Below, in pieces: positions 29,801-36,418 of a stretch of 64,000 nt of DNA. This DNA is from an uncultured Prolixibacteraceae bacterium (GTDB lineage: Bacteria > Bacteroidota > Bacteroidia > Bacteroidales > FEN-979). The stretch lies in NCBI GenBank assembly GCA_964525995.1, contig CAZGIM010000012.1:3636-67635 (forward strand). Direction: 5' to 3'. A program made the position numbers and the translations under genes. The first letter of the stretch is position 1. Each line of letters opens with the position of its first letter. The notes under the pieces were generated by a model. The model was not told the DNA's origin. It saw only the letters and a list, made by a program, of their open reading frames with translations, and ran no database searches.

Positions 29801-32069
29801 TCCCGTAACAAACCGTCTGGCTTGCCGTTAACGACCCGGCCTGCAACTTCGGCGTTACGGTAATGGTAAATGTCATGGGGTTTCCATTGCAAGGGATGCC
29901 CGCGTTCGAATAAACCGGTGTCACGGTAATGACAGCCGTGACCGTAACCGTGCCTGTATTCATGGCGGCGAAAGAGGGTATGGAATCAGAACCCTCCGGT
30001 TCGAGCCCTATCGAAGGCTGACTATTTGTCCATTGATAAACTGTTCCGGTAACAGTTCCTGAGAACATGACGGCAGTTGTCGGATACCCGTGACAGATTA
30101 CCTGATTTTCTTCAGGGTCTACATCAGGCGTCGGATTTACCGTCACCGTGTAGGTTCTCGTTGCCCCCGGACATCCGTTGGCCTCCGGTGTAATGGTAAC
30201 CACTCCCTGAACCGGGGCCGTCGTGGTGTTGCTCGCGGTAAAGGGCAGGATATCGCCTGTACCGCTTCCTGCCAGTCCGATCAGCGGATTGTCATTGGTC
30301 CACTCAAAAGTGGTTCCGGGAACAGGCCCGCTTACCGGTGTGGCCGGTACCTCAGCGTTATGACAATATACCTGGTTGCTGATCGGGGTTACCGATGGAG
30401 AAGGCTTTACGGTAATGGTAAAAGTCATGGGGGTTCCACTACATTTGGTATCTCCGTTCGAGAATTCCGGTGTCACGGTAATGACAGCCGTGACCGTAAC
30501 CGTGCCTGTATTCACGGCGGTGAAAGAGGGTATGGAATCAGAACCCTCCGGTTCGAGCCCTACCGAAGGTTGACTATTTGTCCATTGATAAACCGTTCCG
30601 GTCACGGTCCCTGAAAACACGACGGCATCGGTCCTGGACCCGTTACAGACCACTTGACTCTCTTCAGTATCCACATCAGGCGTCGGATTTACCGTCACCG
30701 TGTAGGTCTTTGTTGATCCCGTGCAGCCATTGGCAACCGGTTGAATTGTAATGACGCCCATGACCGGGAGCGTGGTCGTGTTGCTTGCCGTAAAAGCCGA
30801 TACATTTCCGGTTCCGCTTTCCGGTAATCCGATCATAGGTTGGGAGTTTGACCAGAAAAAGGTGGTACCTGGTACCGGACCTGTTACAGGGGTCGCCGGA
30901 ACCTGGTCTCCGGGACAATGGTACTGATTGCTTATTGCTTCCACCGTCGGAGACTGAATGACCTTCACATTTTTTGTGGCGGCTGCCAATCCCGGGCATC
31001 CGTTGGAGGGGTCGGTGTAGTTAACCGATACATTCGTATTTCCGGCCTGTGTGAATCTTACCGTAACGGTTCTGGTCCCGCCGCCCGACATAATGATGCC
31101 TCCTGTTCCGACAGTCCAGGTATACATCGATTTCCCGGGATCTGTCGAGTATGTATAAGTGCCATTCGAACAAACAGTATCGGGGCCGTTAATCACCGGA
31201 TCCGGTGATTGGCTTACGGTAACTGCCTTTATTCCCGGGGTAAGGGCCCAACAATTGGTACCCGGTTCCGTATAGGTGACTGTGATGGTATAAGTTCCCA
31301 CAATATTCCAGTTAACCCTGATGGAATTGGTTCCGTTGCCCGAAACGATGGTACCACCCGATGTCAGGGTCCAGACATAGTTATTCTTTGAAGGGGCAGT
31401 GGTGTATGTCATAATGGTACCCGTGCAGGCTGTATTGCCAACCGGACCTATTACCGGAACAGCGGCCTGGTTTACCGTAATGCTACTTGTCGCGGTTGGA
31501 GAAGCGGTGCACCCCGATGAATTGGTATAGTTGACCGTAATCGTATAGGTGCCCCCGACCGGCCAGTCAACGGTGATTGCATTTGGTACCGGACCAGAAG
31601 CAAATGGCGTTGAAGGGGTGATGCTCCAGGAATAACCGGTCATTCCCGGTTCCGTAAAATAGACAATACTGGTGGTTCCCTGGCAAATTGAGTTAGTACC
31701 CGTAATCTCCGGTGTCGGTCTTGCATTTACGGTAACCGTCATCGATGCTGTTCCGGAAGGGGTTCCGCCGGCTGCATTCACTGTAATGATCACCGTTTGC
31801 GGTGTTGCGCCCCAATCAATGGTAACAGCATTGGTTCCCTGCCCTGCCGTGATAGTTCCTCCTGATCCGGGTGTGATCGTCCAGGTATAGGTTGAAGTGC
31901 CGGGCGTTGCCGAATAAACAACACCGGTTTCAGCCGTACAAACATGATCGGGGCCCGCCGTTATGGAAATCTGCGCTAACCCCGTGATGGGGATCAGGAA
32001 AAAAACAAATAATATCAGAAATAGACCTGAAATGAATCTGGGATTCAATCGCCGGTTTTGAGTCTTCAT
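20880..32069 (-). CDS. Giant T9SS-secreted repeat protein G2 (3729 aa): 4 A-modules, 4 B, C, 7 A, 3 B, C, 10 A, Ig-like, FISUMP domain, Ig-like, 6 A, unknown pre-CTD domain, type-A T9SS CTD
   Basis: Single uninterrupted ORF with a signal peptide (FFLIPITGLAQ). Same A/B/C module families as G1. C-terminus FKIYPNPTTGIFNIEYSG...HIFRIVKQ. Stop is 76 bp upstream of the G1 start. Confidence 0.85.
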   Translation of the reverse strand: MKTQNRRLNPRFISGLFLILFVFFLIPITGLAQISITAGPDHVCTAETGVVYSATPGTSTYTWTITPGSGGTITAGQGTNAVTIDWGATPQTVIITVNAAGGTPSGTASMTVTVNARPTPEITGTNSICQGTTSIVYFTEPGMTGYSWSITPSTPFASGPVPNAITVDWPVGGTYTITVNYTNSSGCTASPTATSSITVNQAAVPVIGPVGNTACTGTIMTYTTAPSKNNYVWTLTSGGTIVSGNGTNSIRVNWNIVGTYTITVTYTEPGTNCWALTPGIKAVTVSQSPDPVINGPDTVCSNGTYTYSTDPGKSMYTWTVGTGGIIMSGGGTRTVTVRFTQAGNTNVSVNYTDPSNGCPGLAAATKNVKVIQSPTVEAISNQYHCPGDQVPATPVTGPVPGTTFFWSNSQPMIGLPESGTGNVSAFTASNTTTLPVMGVITIQPVANGCTGSTKTYTVTVNPTPDVDTEESQVVCNGSRTDAVVFSGTVTGTVYQWTNSQPSVGLEPEGSDSIPSFTAVNTGTVTVTAVITVTPEFSNGDTKCSGTPMTFTITVKPSPSVTPISNQVYCHNAEVPATPVSGPVPGTTFEWTNDNPLIGLAGSGTGDILPFTASNTTTAPVQGVVTITPEANGCPGATRTYTVTVNPTPDVDPEENQVICHGYPTTAVMFSGTVTGTVYQWTNSQPSIGLEPEGSDSIPSFAAMNTGTVTVTAVITVTPVYSNAGIPCNGNPMTFTITVTPKLQAGSLTASQTVCYGMAPELLTTTALSGGVPPYLYDWEISTNGTEFTAIGGASSMTYQPGPVTADQWYRVRQSSSGGCGLVYTNPVKISVSALPVIGIGGQAAACYNSTNNVYSTEVGMTNYQWGVVGGIITAGGTYTSTTVTVTWNTLGSQQVSLNYTTPDGCTALTPATKTVTVQNIIIPTIDGPDPACTSGQSEYTTESGMLNYIWELPLGGGTIVSGQGTSRINVNWSTPGNRSVSVIYNDASECTTKTPTVMPITVHTAPNPHITGTTPICQGSAGVVYFTEEGMTGYTWSVTGGAITGGGNTSAISVTWNSAGTQTVTVNYTNPAGCRASEATIKTVTVQPAAAPTITGPTIGCTGTTNYYTTQTGMTNYVWNLGSGGTITSGAGTYSIGITWTVTGSHTVTVTYLNAQGCPTLSAGAFGVTVNQSPQPTISGADTVCLNGTVTYTTESGMALYTWTVGAGGTILSGAGTSNITVKWTQAGLRTVSVNYTNPSGGCQAVAAKVKDITIYSLPVPVISGPAFGCTQGSGYTFSTEPGMTNYTWGVSTGGTVTPVSGTSTVTATWSAAGLQTIYVSYTDLHGCSSSSPSSYNITINARPANPMISGPAGACAGSVVAYSTLAGMTTYSWSVSSGGTILTNPSNHASTIQVQWNQPGTQTVTVNYTTVSGCTSLTAGTLTTTVYPLPVVNPVENQTVCSEAPTTAITFSGTGNSYDWTNNQPSIGLPETGTGNIGTFTATNTGSSPVIATLSVTPISITDGLSCSGSTVTFTLTISPKPVVDDIANQTTCNGSVTTALPFTSDVPGTVFNWTNTNLNIGIPGSGTGNIGTFTATNTGTTPMTATITVTPSISAGPMITCTGLSKSFTYTVYPSPVVNAVISQEICDRGTTQIVTFTGTGTSYNWTNSNPTIGLPISGSGNIMPFTALNAGTTTVTSVITVTPVSVNGENTCSGQPITFNFTVLPRLVAGATTSSQTVCYGSTPSGISATEPRGGVPPYSFLWQSSVDNDVFVDIPGSTGMSYQPGPITVNTWFRQKQISSDGCGTVYTNAVKISLHPLPVPTISGAGAACINSTNNIYSTQTGMSGYNWSVTGGVIAGPVNNSSVNVTWNTAGIQTVSVTYTDQNNCVAAAPGTKTVSVQSTIVPSITGPDPACISIPCTYSTESGMLNYVWTLPLGGGTIVSGQGSNQITVLWNTAGSRNVGVIYNDALGCTVTIPTVKPVTVNASPAPTITGLGSICQGSAGVVYFTETGMAEYTWIVQGGTITGGQGTSAIAVTWTTAGTQSVTVNYTNLSGCHAPQPAVKQVTVQPAAVPVISGQTPVCTGTTTYYSTATGMTNYIWNLDAGGTIISGSGTNTIGIRWSSVGTFNISVTYLNAQGCPTLVPGSKMIQVYQSPLPVITGADTVCLNGTVVFSTDPGMAMYDWTVSSGGLITSGQGTNSVAVKWIQSGPGTVSVNYVNPMGGCQAVTPTVKNITVYAPPVPVISGPQYGCTGGPGSEFYTATGMSDYIWSASADGVITTGSGTNSVTVYWNTAGLQSVSVIYTDQHGCTAATPSQFNLAINARPPTPIITGTAGTCPGTRATYTTQPGMIQYQWTISKGGTIITTPSAYSNTIEVLWHTPGSQWVSVNYQNTAGCLATLPATYSVTVHSLPVPTLSGPTTTCQGADGNTFVTQAGQNNYTWTVSPDGTVTGGGTAESDFITVTWNTTGLKQVGINYTTTNGCTAAVATTHTMTVNSLPVPVITGASSGCQNTTGNVYFTEPGMTSYFWTVTSEGIITSGQGTRSVTITWLNPGNPIITVNYLNENGCQASVATPLMVAVHPAPTPSITSFSDPTDLVCQNTGGHIYFTEPGMSSYSWTVTGPSGTQILSGGAQSTCNIFWGGPGPAQGTLRVLVTNGYGCSASSPLKTVNITQPVVVGASIVVSQNPVLTGNAVTFTASTVNGGTNPVYQWRVNGIIAGTNSPTFTYVPSENDSIVCTVTSNFYCVVNPQATSNLIVMGILYGVPCQGIPTVTYMGKTYHTVQIGNQCWFKENLDAGTRINGNQEQTSNGIIEKYCYLDLESNCSVYGGLYQWNELMQYVALPGVQGICPSGWHIPTDEEWSVLTSYLGGESVAGGKMKEVGTTHWSSPNAGAVNTSGFTGLGAGLRFTDGTFGNLKEFGYFYSSTQNSTTNAWTRFLAGSLTGAGRNPNNKSLGLAVRCLKDTCSNYPPVSVSITPSTNMICAGTLVTFTAHPVNGGTNPAYQWRVNGSDVGTNQAVFSYVPAANDVVTCVLTSSLPSPCLSGNPATSGPVAMVVYPLPVPLLTGPVNVCPGVGGMVYNTDPGMTGYTWSVSTGGTITGGQNTNSILVTWNTPGVQTVTVTYLNQHGCAPATPTMKTVYVNPLVIPTISGSSQVCLDQTATYATQAGMSLYNWSVGSGGTITSGIGTATIQVRWNQPGFRMVMVNYANPQTGCQALTPAAFPVTVSPLPAPVITGPSSVCEGSSGVVYYTDPGMTNYNWIISSGGTITAGNGTQTVTVSWITSGTQTLTVNYTNTLGCQAANQTVKNVAVNPLPVPSINGSLNPCTGGVFNYTTEAGMSQYSWSVTQGGTILSGENTNSVFVRWNTTGSQSVAVGYRDVQGCPTAVPTVLPVSVSTPPVPTIAGPSSPCASSAVMYSTEAGMSNYQWTILPGGIITGGQGTSAITVVWQTPGFSGLTVNYTTPGGCRAEFPTPKTVTVLPTPAPVISGPSIITVGSTVLYTADAGMISYNWSVSAGGIIIGGAGTQAIQVSWGATGNQNVSLEVVNASGCRTVAPVIYAVKVLPPAVVTVQNIQIGPGQNECYDAVQTITVAGYGTYFIVHSGGAATFIAGKNILFLPGTTVEQGGSLHGYITTNGIYCGMSAPTMVTVPTAVEPPLTEIPVSKFKIYPNPTTGIFNIEYSGNDLDEGSRIEIYSMRGERIQSEKLSNSRDFKVSIGGYPGGIYILRILSGEEVHIFRIVKQ
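23225..23825 (-). other. Fibrobacter succinogenes major paralogous (FISUMP, TIGR02145/PF09603-type) domain embedded in G2
   Basis: VPCQGIPTVTYMGKTYHTVQIGNQCWFKENL...GGLYQWNE...CPSGWHIPTDEEWSVL...GGKMKE...W.....NTSGFTGLGAG.R...G.F...G..GYFYSS...RCLKD, aa ~2749-2948 of G2. Confidence 0.75.
24880..26945 (-). repeat. G2 internal paralogous block copy 2 (C-module + A-module subtypes 1-7)
   Basis: Offset ~968 aa (~2.9 kb) from copy 1. Module-by-module correspondence is visible in the translation, roughly two-thirds identical in the subtype-2 module by eye. Confidence 0.7.
26946..27782 (-). repeat. Second block of three B-modules in G2
   Basis: aa ~1430-1708: ..YDWTNNQPSIGLPETGTGNIGTFTATNTG.. / ..FNWTNTNLNIGIPGSGTGNIGTFTATNTG.. 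/ ..YNWTNSNPTIGLPISGSGNIMPFTALNAG.. Confidence 0.75.
27783..29849 (-). repeat. G2 internal paralogous block copy 1 (C-module + A-module subtypes 1-7)
   Basis: Same module order as 24880..26945. Shared subtype-specific signatures include Y(I/V)W.LPLGGGTIVSGQG, GADTVCLNGTV..., GGTI(L/I)T.PS. Confidence 0.7.
29850..30956 (-). repeat. Tandem duplication: 2 x 552-bp (184-aa) unit, each encoding two B-modules, in G2
   Basis: GTCACGGTAATGACAGCCGTGACCGTAACCGTGCCTGTATTCA... begins at 29920 and again at 30472 (offset 552). It continues near-identically for >130 nt with scattered substitutions. Protein copies: SGTVTGTVYQWTNSQPS(V/I)GLEPEGSDSIPSF(T/A)A(V/M)NTGTVTVTAVITVTP. Confidence 0.85.
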
Positions 32070-32419
32070 ACCTGAAATATTTCAAGGGTTAAACGGTCAT
32101 TGTACCCACCAGTATCATAATCACCGTTACCATTATATTATTAAAAATATTATACGATATCTTTCCGGAGAGGTTACCTGATTTGTCAAATTCTTTATTT
32201 CCCTCTGTATTTCGATCAGAAAGGTCATGGTTCCCGGGATGAAATTCATCAATTCCGCTTCGGGTAATAATTCAGGTATCCTGATCGCCGTGAACGTTCC
32301 GGACATCTCAAAATGGCACCCGTAAGGGTAATTCTTTCCCCTTCAAAGATAAATAATATAATAATCCATCGCCTATGAGTCAGGGATGGTTGATTTGTAT
32401 GGTAGATTTGAAATATTTC

Positions 32420-32438
32420 ATCGGGTTTGATACCCGAT
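32420..32438 (-). terminator. Weak hairpin downstream of the M48 gene
   Basis: ATCGGGT ttgat ACCCGAT, 7-bp stem, ~58 nt past the stop at 32496. The trailing sequence is only A/T-rich, not a clean U-tract. Confidence 0.25.
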
Positions 32439-32495
32439 TATCCTGAAAGGATTCAAGATGTTTGGGCGACAGTAAGTAAAAACATCTGACCGTTA

Positions 32496-33308
32496 TCAGG
32501 GGAGTGAATTCTTGAACTGAAGATATTCATCTGCATACACCTGTCCGTGCACACCGCCTAACGACTGGAACGCCTCGTTGATCTTGGCAAGTCGGTCGGA
32601 CGGAGAGGGGTGGGTGCTTAAAAACACCGGCACATTCGACTGGCTTTCGAGTTTGGTAAAGAAATCGCCGAGCGAAGCGGCATCGTATTTTGTCGGATAG
32701 AGATATTTCACGGCATAGGCGTCGGCTTCATATTCGTTGGAACGGCTGTAGGCCAGATTTCCCAAGCCCTGCGCCCAATCGGCTAAGATATTTGCGAGTT
32801 GTGACGGATTGCTTCCCAGGATCAGGTTTAGCAGAAAGGTCTCCCCATAGATCAGGGTCAATTGCTCCGAGGTATGCCGTAGATCTGCGTGTGCCATTTC
32901 GTGGGCAATCACTCCGGCAAATTGTGCCGAATTGTCCAAGAGTTTGATCAACCCGGTGTAAACATAGATATTTCCCCCGGGAACACAGAAAGCGTTGACT
33001 ACATTGTCGTCTTTAATAATCCTGAATCTCCATCCGAACCGGGTGGCATATTTGACCTTTCCCGATGCGAGGATGGTGTTGCGCACTGAATAGAGGAAGT
33101 TGTACGCGGAGGTATTGGTTGCTGAATCCAACACCGGATATTCGCCCGGGGTACTCATAATCTGGGCATCCATTTCGGCACCTAAAGAGATGTCGTCACT
33201 GACTGAGAAGATAGTGATCGGAACGGATTCATCGCCTTTGGAACAGGAAATCATAAGTACAATCCCAAGGATGAATGCTATTTTACGGAGGCTGAATATT
33301 CTTTTCAT
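32496..33308 (-). CDS. M48-family zinc metallopeptidase, lipoprotein
   Basis: Lipobox LMISC, HExxH motif in VIAHEMAHADLRH, downstream NEYEAD typical of M48 peptidases. Confidence 0.8.
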   Translation of the reverse strand: MKRIFSLRKIAFILGIVLMISCSKGDESVPITIFSVSDDISLGAEMDAQIMSTPGEYPVLDSATNTSAYNFLYSVRNTILASGKVKYATRFGWRFRIIKDDNVVNAFCVPGGNIYVYTGLIKLLDNSAQFAGVIAHEMAHADLRHTSEQLTLIYGETFLLNLILGSNPSQLANILADWAQGLGNLAYSRSNEYEADAYAVKYLYPTKYDAASLGDFFTKLESQSNVPVFLSTHPSPSDRLAKINEAFQSLGGVHGQVYADEYLQFKNSLP

Positions 33309-33430
33309 GGGGAAGTTTTATTGGTTAAGAGAAGGTTTAAAATTTACGATTGAACAAGATTTATGATTGACGATTTAAATCCAAGACTCTCTTCACCGGT
33401 ATTATCAACAGTTTCCTATAATCTATGTCT

Positions 33431-33480
33431 TCCAAGAAAAGGAAACGGGGTACTGCCGCAAATGCGACTCATACCCCGTA
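33431..33480 (-). terminator. Candidate rho-independent terminator after the lipoprotein gene
   Basis: Inverted repeat ACGGGGTA (33445..33452) / TACCCCGT (33472..33479), followed on the minus strand by TTCCTTTTCTTGG. The 19-nt loop is long, hence moderate confidence. Confidence 0.4.
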
Positions 33481-33499
33481 TTACCTGTAAGCGGAAAAC

Positions 33500-34399
33500 T
33501 TATTTCTGGACCTTGACCGATATGGTCATGGTTCCGTCGTTCGTTCCAGTGATGGATTCCACTTTCATGATGCCCTTCTTCCCTCCGGCCGTTATGAAGG
33601 CCAGCAGTTTCCCGGCCTGCAGCGCGGTACACCGGCTCTGATCGACACCGGTAGCAGTCTGGGCAACGATTATTGCATCATTTGCAATAGCATCAAAATC
33701 GATGGCATCGGTAATTACCTTGAATTTCGTGGCATTCCTAACGGCCCATTTCTGTAATCCATTGGTGGGATGGGTGTAAACTGCGGCGGCATGGGCGTCA
33801 TTCGGAGCGGCTATCGACGCAAAATCGCTGTCGCCGTAATAATAGAGCCAATCGACCTTGTTTGCATTGGCCTTGGCATCGGCAAGATTGTAAACGGTTC
33901 CGTCGATGGAAGCAAAAGAACTACCTGTTGTGCTGCCTTGTGCACCCAAAATTTTCATCGTAAAAGCATTGATCTCACCGCTTACCGCTGTGGTGGTGAT
34001 GATAATGGTCACCGCGCTCATCTGGCCATTCTTATCCTTAACGGTGAAAATGAAAGTCTCATTACCAACTTGTGCGTTGGCATTGGTCATCAGGTCAACA
34101 GTAAAAGAGGAAGCGCTGAAAGTAGAATCGAAAGTCTGCGTGTTCCCATTAATGGTACGGGTAAAGGTAAAATCAACCAATTTCGAACCGGAATTGGTAT
34201 TTGAAAGAGCCCGGATTCCGATTTTCATGGGAGTTCCAACTGTGACTGTAGTATTCTGGTAAACATAATCCGTCCCAACCTGCAAGGTTATCGTAGGCTT
34301 CTGATCAACGATGGGATCTTCTGAATCTTTCGTACAGGAGGTTGCAAAAATCACTGCAACCATCATCATAAGGGATAGAACCCAATTCATCTTTTTCAT
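33500..34399 (-). CDS. Hypothetical lipoprotein
   Basis: I prefer the start at MKKMNWVLSLMMMVAVIFATSC (lipobox FATSC) over the ORF-track Met at 34444. No family recognised. Confidence 0.6.
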   Translation of the reverse strand: MKKMNWVLSLMMMVAVIFATSCTKDSEDPIVDQKPTITLQVGTDYVYQNTTVTVGTPMKIGIRALSNTNSGSKLVDFTFTRTINGNTQTFDSTFSASSFTVDLMTNANAQVGNETFIFTVKDKNGQMSAVTIIITTTAVSGEINAFTMKILGAQGSTTGSSFASIDGTVYNLADAKANANKVDWLYYYGDSDFASIAAPNDAHAAAVYTHPTNGLQKWAVRNATKFKVITDAIDFDAIANDAIIVAQTATGVDQSRCTALQAGKLLAFITAGGKKGIMKVESITGTNDGTMTISVKVQK

Positions 34400-34585
34400 A
34401 ATAATTACATTTAAGTAGGGTTTAACATATGTTATTGTTTGCAAAGATACATGATTTTTAGAATACGGAGTTTGAGGGTTTATTTTTTCGTAAACTCATA
34501 CAGTTGAAACGTAAAATATAGAACAAATAGGAATTTCTTTTATATCTTTGGCTAACCCTAAACCGAACTATAAAAACAATTCCAA

Positions 34586-35323
34586 ATGAAAAAGTGGATC
34601 GCCTTTCTTATCCTTTTGTTTCTTCCTGTTTCCCTTCTGTTTTCGCAGGAATATGAATTCTATGAAAATCAGTCGGGCAACTGGGTAAAGATACCGAACG
34701 GAACGATGCTTACCCGCACCTGTACTGTAAATTCCGACGGGGTTGATGAATTTTTCGGAGTCAAAAACATTGCCTCCGACACCCGGTTGGTATGGGCCCG
34801 AAAACAGCGTCGCTATATGACCCCTGAAGCGAACGACAGTTATTGCTGGAACGGTTGCATGCAATCGTATGATTCACTATCGTACAAATATCTGTCTATG
34901 GAACCGGGAAAGCTGATCGTCAACCAGTTTGATATTCATTTCAGGCCCGGATCCAAACCCGGTAATACCCTGATCTCTTACAGTTTCTTCGACCGTTCAC
35001 ACCTGGCCGACAGCGGATTCATGCAAATTCTTTATGTGATCCAGCCTGTAGGCATCGAAGAGGCTGACTGGATAACCAAAACCGTCGTCGCCACGCCAAA
35101 TCCTGCGTCAAATCTGATCCGTTTCCTGGGAATTCCCGATCGTTTCAGCGGCGCCCTTACCCTGGTCAATCTGGTCGGACAGGAGCTTATCAGCATACCC
35201 ATAAACGCCGGTCATTCTGAAGTAACCTTCAACAGTTCGGGACTTCCCAACGGAATCTATTTTTATTTTCTGCAGATGAATGGTTCAAAAGGAGCAGTAA
35301 GAAAGCTGATGATCAACCGCTGA
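34586..35323 (+). CDS. Hypothetical secreted protein with type-A T9SS C-terminal domain
   Basis: Signal peptide (LFLPVSLLFSQE). C-terminus VVATPNPASNLIRFLG...GIYFYFLQMNGSKGAVRKLMINR. Confidence 0.65.
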   Translation: MKKWIAFLILLFLPVSLLFSQEYEFYENQSGNWVKIPNGTMLTRTCTVNSDGVDEFFGVKNIASDTRLVWARKQRRYMTPEANDSYCWNGCMQSYDSLSYKYLSMEPGKLIVNQFDIHFRPGSKPGNTLISYSFFDRSHLADSGFMQILYVIQPVGIEEADWITKTVVATPNPASNLIRFLGIPDRFSGALTLVNLVGQELISIPINAGHSEVTFNSSGLPNGIYFYFLQMNGSKGAVRKLMINR

Positions 35324-35344
35324 TCCGGCAGTAAAGAAAGATAC

Positions 35345-36418
35345 CTATTCCCGGATTATGGTCAGCGCCTTCTGATACGTTTTTCCCTCAAAAGAAGCCC
35401 TCAGAAAATAGGTTCCCGATGGCAGGGATGAAGTGTTAACCGTCAAGGAATAGATCCCAGGCATCCAAATGGTTGAGCCGATGGTGCGCACCACTTTCCC
35501 GTAAATATCCACCAGGGTCAGAGTACCATATCCTTTCTCAAGTACCCTGATATTCACAGTTGTCTTATCCAGAGCAGGGTTGGGGAAGAGATTCATGATT
35601 TCGAGCTGCTGTGAACCTCCTTCACGATCGCCCAGGGGACCTGTTACCGATTGGATTACGGCCTGTTGAACCGAAGAATTCACGAGCGACTCCTCCTGGC
35701 GATAAACATAAACGACTACAAAACAATTCTGAGGATCATAGTTACTTTCGATCGTAAAACTGAAAGTCTGAGTGACCTCCTCTCCAACCGGCCATGAATT
35801 TTCTTTTATTTTCTGACCGAACTGATTGGCCATGTCTCTAACCACATCATGATGATAACACGGACGTCGGCCTGAATAATTATAACAATTCGAATCCATA
35901 CTTTGATCAACGAGAATGTTGTTTTCGATTAATACTGCATTGATCATAAAAGTCCCTGTAAGTGACTCCAGATAAGGTTGCATTCGCACGGAAACCTCGA
36001 CTTCCTTAAACTGCGGGTTGTAGCTCTTTGATTCAACCACGATCCTGAGCGGCGCATCGGTTTGCCGTTCGATGGTTGCATTGACCGAGTCACAATACCG
36101 GTGATAATCACCCCAGGTGTATTCCATATATTTTTGTCCGTCACGGTTGGTACGGATTTCCGAATGATCTTTAAAAACGCGGCAGACAAGCGTGTCGCAC
36201 ATTGAACATTTCAAAGCAGAGAAATTGGTGTGGTAAATCAACACGATCGCATTTTGGTGTACAGGCTGCACGCAATGCTGCATCAGCGAATCGATACAGA
36301 TACATTCATCACACCAGGTGGATGAACTTCTCTCAATGAGCGTATTTCTTGGATTCTGGCTCCATAAGAATCCTCCTGGTATCAGGAGCAGGAACAGTAA
36401 AATAATCCTTTTTTTCAT
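35345..36418 (-). CDS. Secreted thioredoxin-fold/Omp28-related-like protein with type-A T9SS C-terminal domain
   Basis: Signal peptide. N-terminal LIERSSSTWCDECI resembles the TWC..C motif of Omp28-related thioredoxin-fold proteins (tentative). C-terminus MNLFPNPALDKTTVNIRV...KALTIIRE. Confidence 0.5.
   Translation of the reverse strand: MKKRIILLFLLLIPGGFLWSQNPRNTLIERSSSTWCDECICIDSLMQHCVQPVHQNAIVLIYHTNFSALKCSMCDTLVCRVFKDHSEIRTNRDGQKYMEYTWGDYHRYCDSVNATIERQTDAPLRIVVESKSYNPQFKEVEVSVRMQPYLESLTGTFMINAVLIENNILVDQSMDSNCYNYSGRRPCYHHDVVRDMANQFGQKIKENSWPVGEEVTQTFSFTIESNYDPQNCFVVVYVYRQEESLVNSSVQQAVIQSVTGPLGDREGGSQQLEIMNLFPNPALDKTTVNIRVLEKGYGTLTLVDIYGKVVRTIGSTIWMPGIYSLTVNTSSLPSGTYFLRASFEGKTYQKALTIIRE

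Noticed and set aside
10952-32069. Many 60-220-aa ORFs on the opposite strand or in other frames of the giant genes, for example 11084..11737, 13961..14305, 19392..19610, 21999..22655, 27271..27678, 28632..29108, 30090..30614
   Set aside because: All lie wholly inside the two long uninterrupted minus-strand ORFs. Their open frames follow from the biased T/G/V/S/P codon content of the sense strand. None shows a recognisable motif.
10952-32069. Regular ~250-bp periodicity that could suggest a CRISPR array or satellite repeat
   Set aside because: The periodicity is protein-domain repetition inside intact ORFs. The copies are diverged at the DNA level, and there are no short identical direct repeats separated by unique spacers.
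32344-32351. TATCTTTG (minus strand) matching the Bacteroidetes -7 motif TAnnTTTG, upstream of G2
   Set aside because: It lies 275 nt upstream of the ATG and has no TTG at the expected -33 spacing. A single 8-mer match in A/T-rich DNA is not enough to call a promoter.
34400-34444. Upstream Met starts given by the ORF track (34444 for the lipoprotein; 51085 for the 47555 gene)
   Set aside because: Internal Mets at 34399 and 51031 give canonical signal or lipoprotein peptides immediately. The extra N-terminal residues look non-coding.
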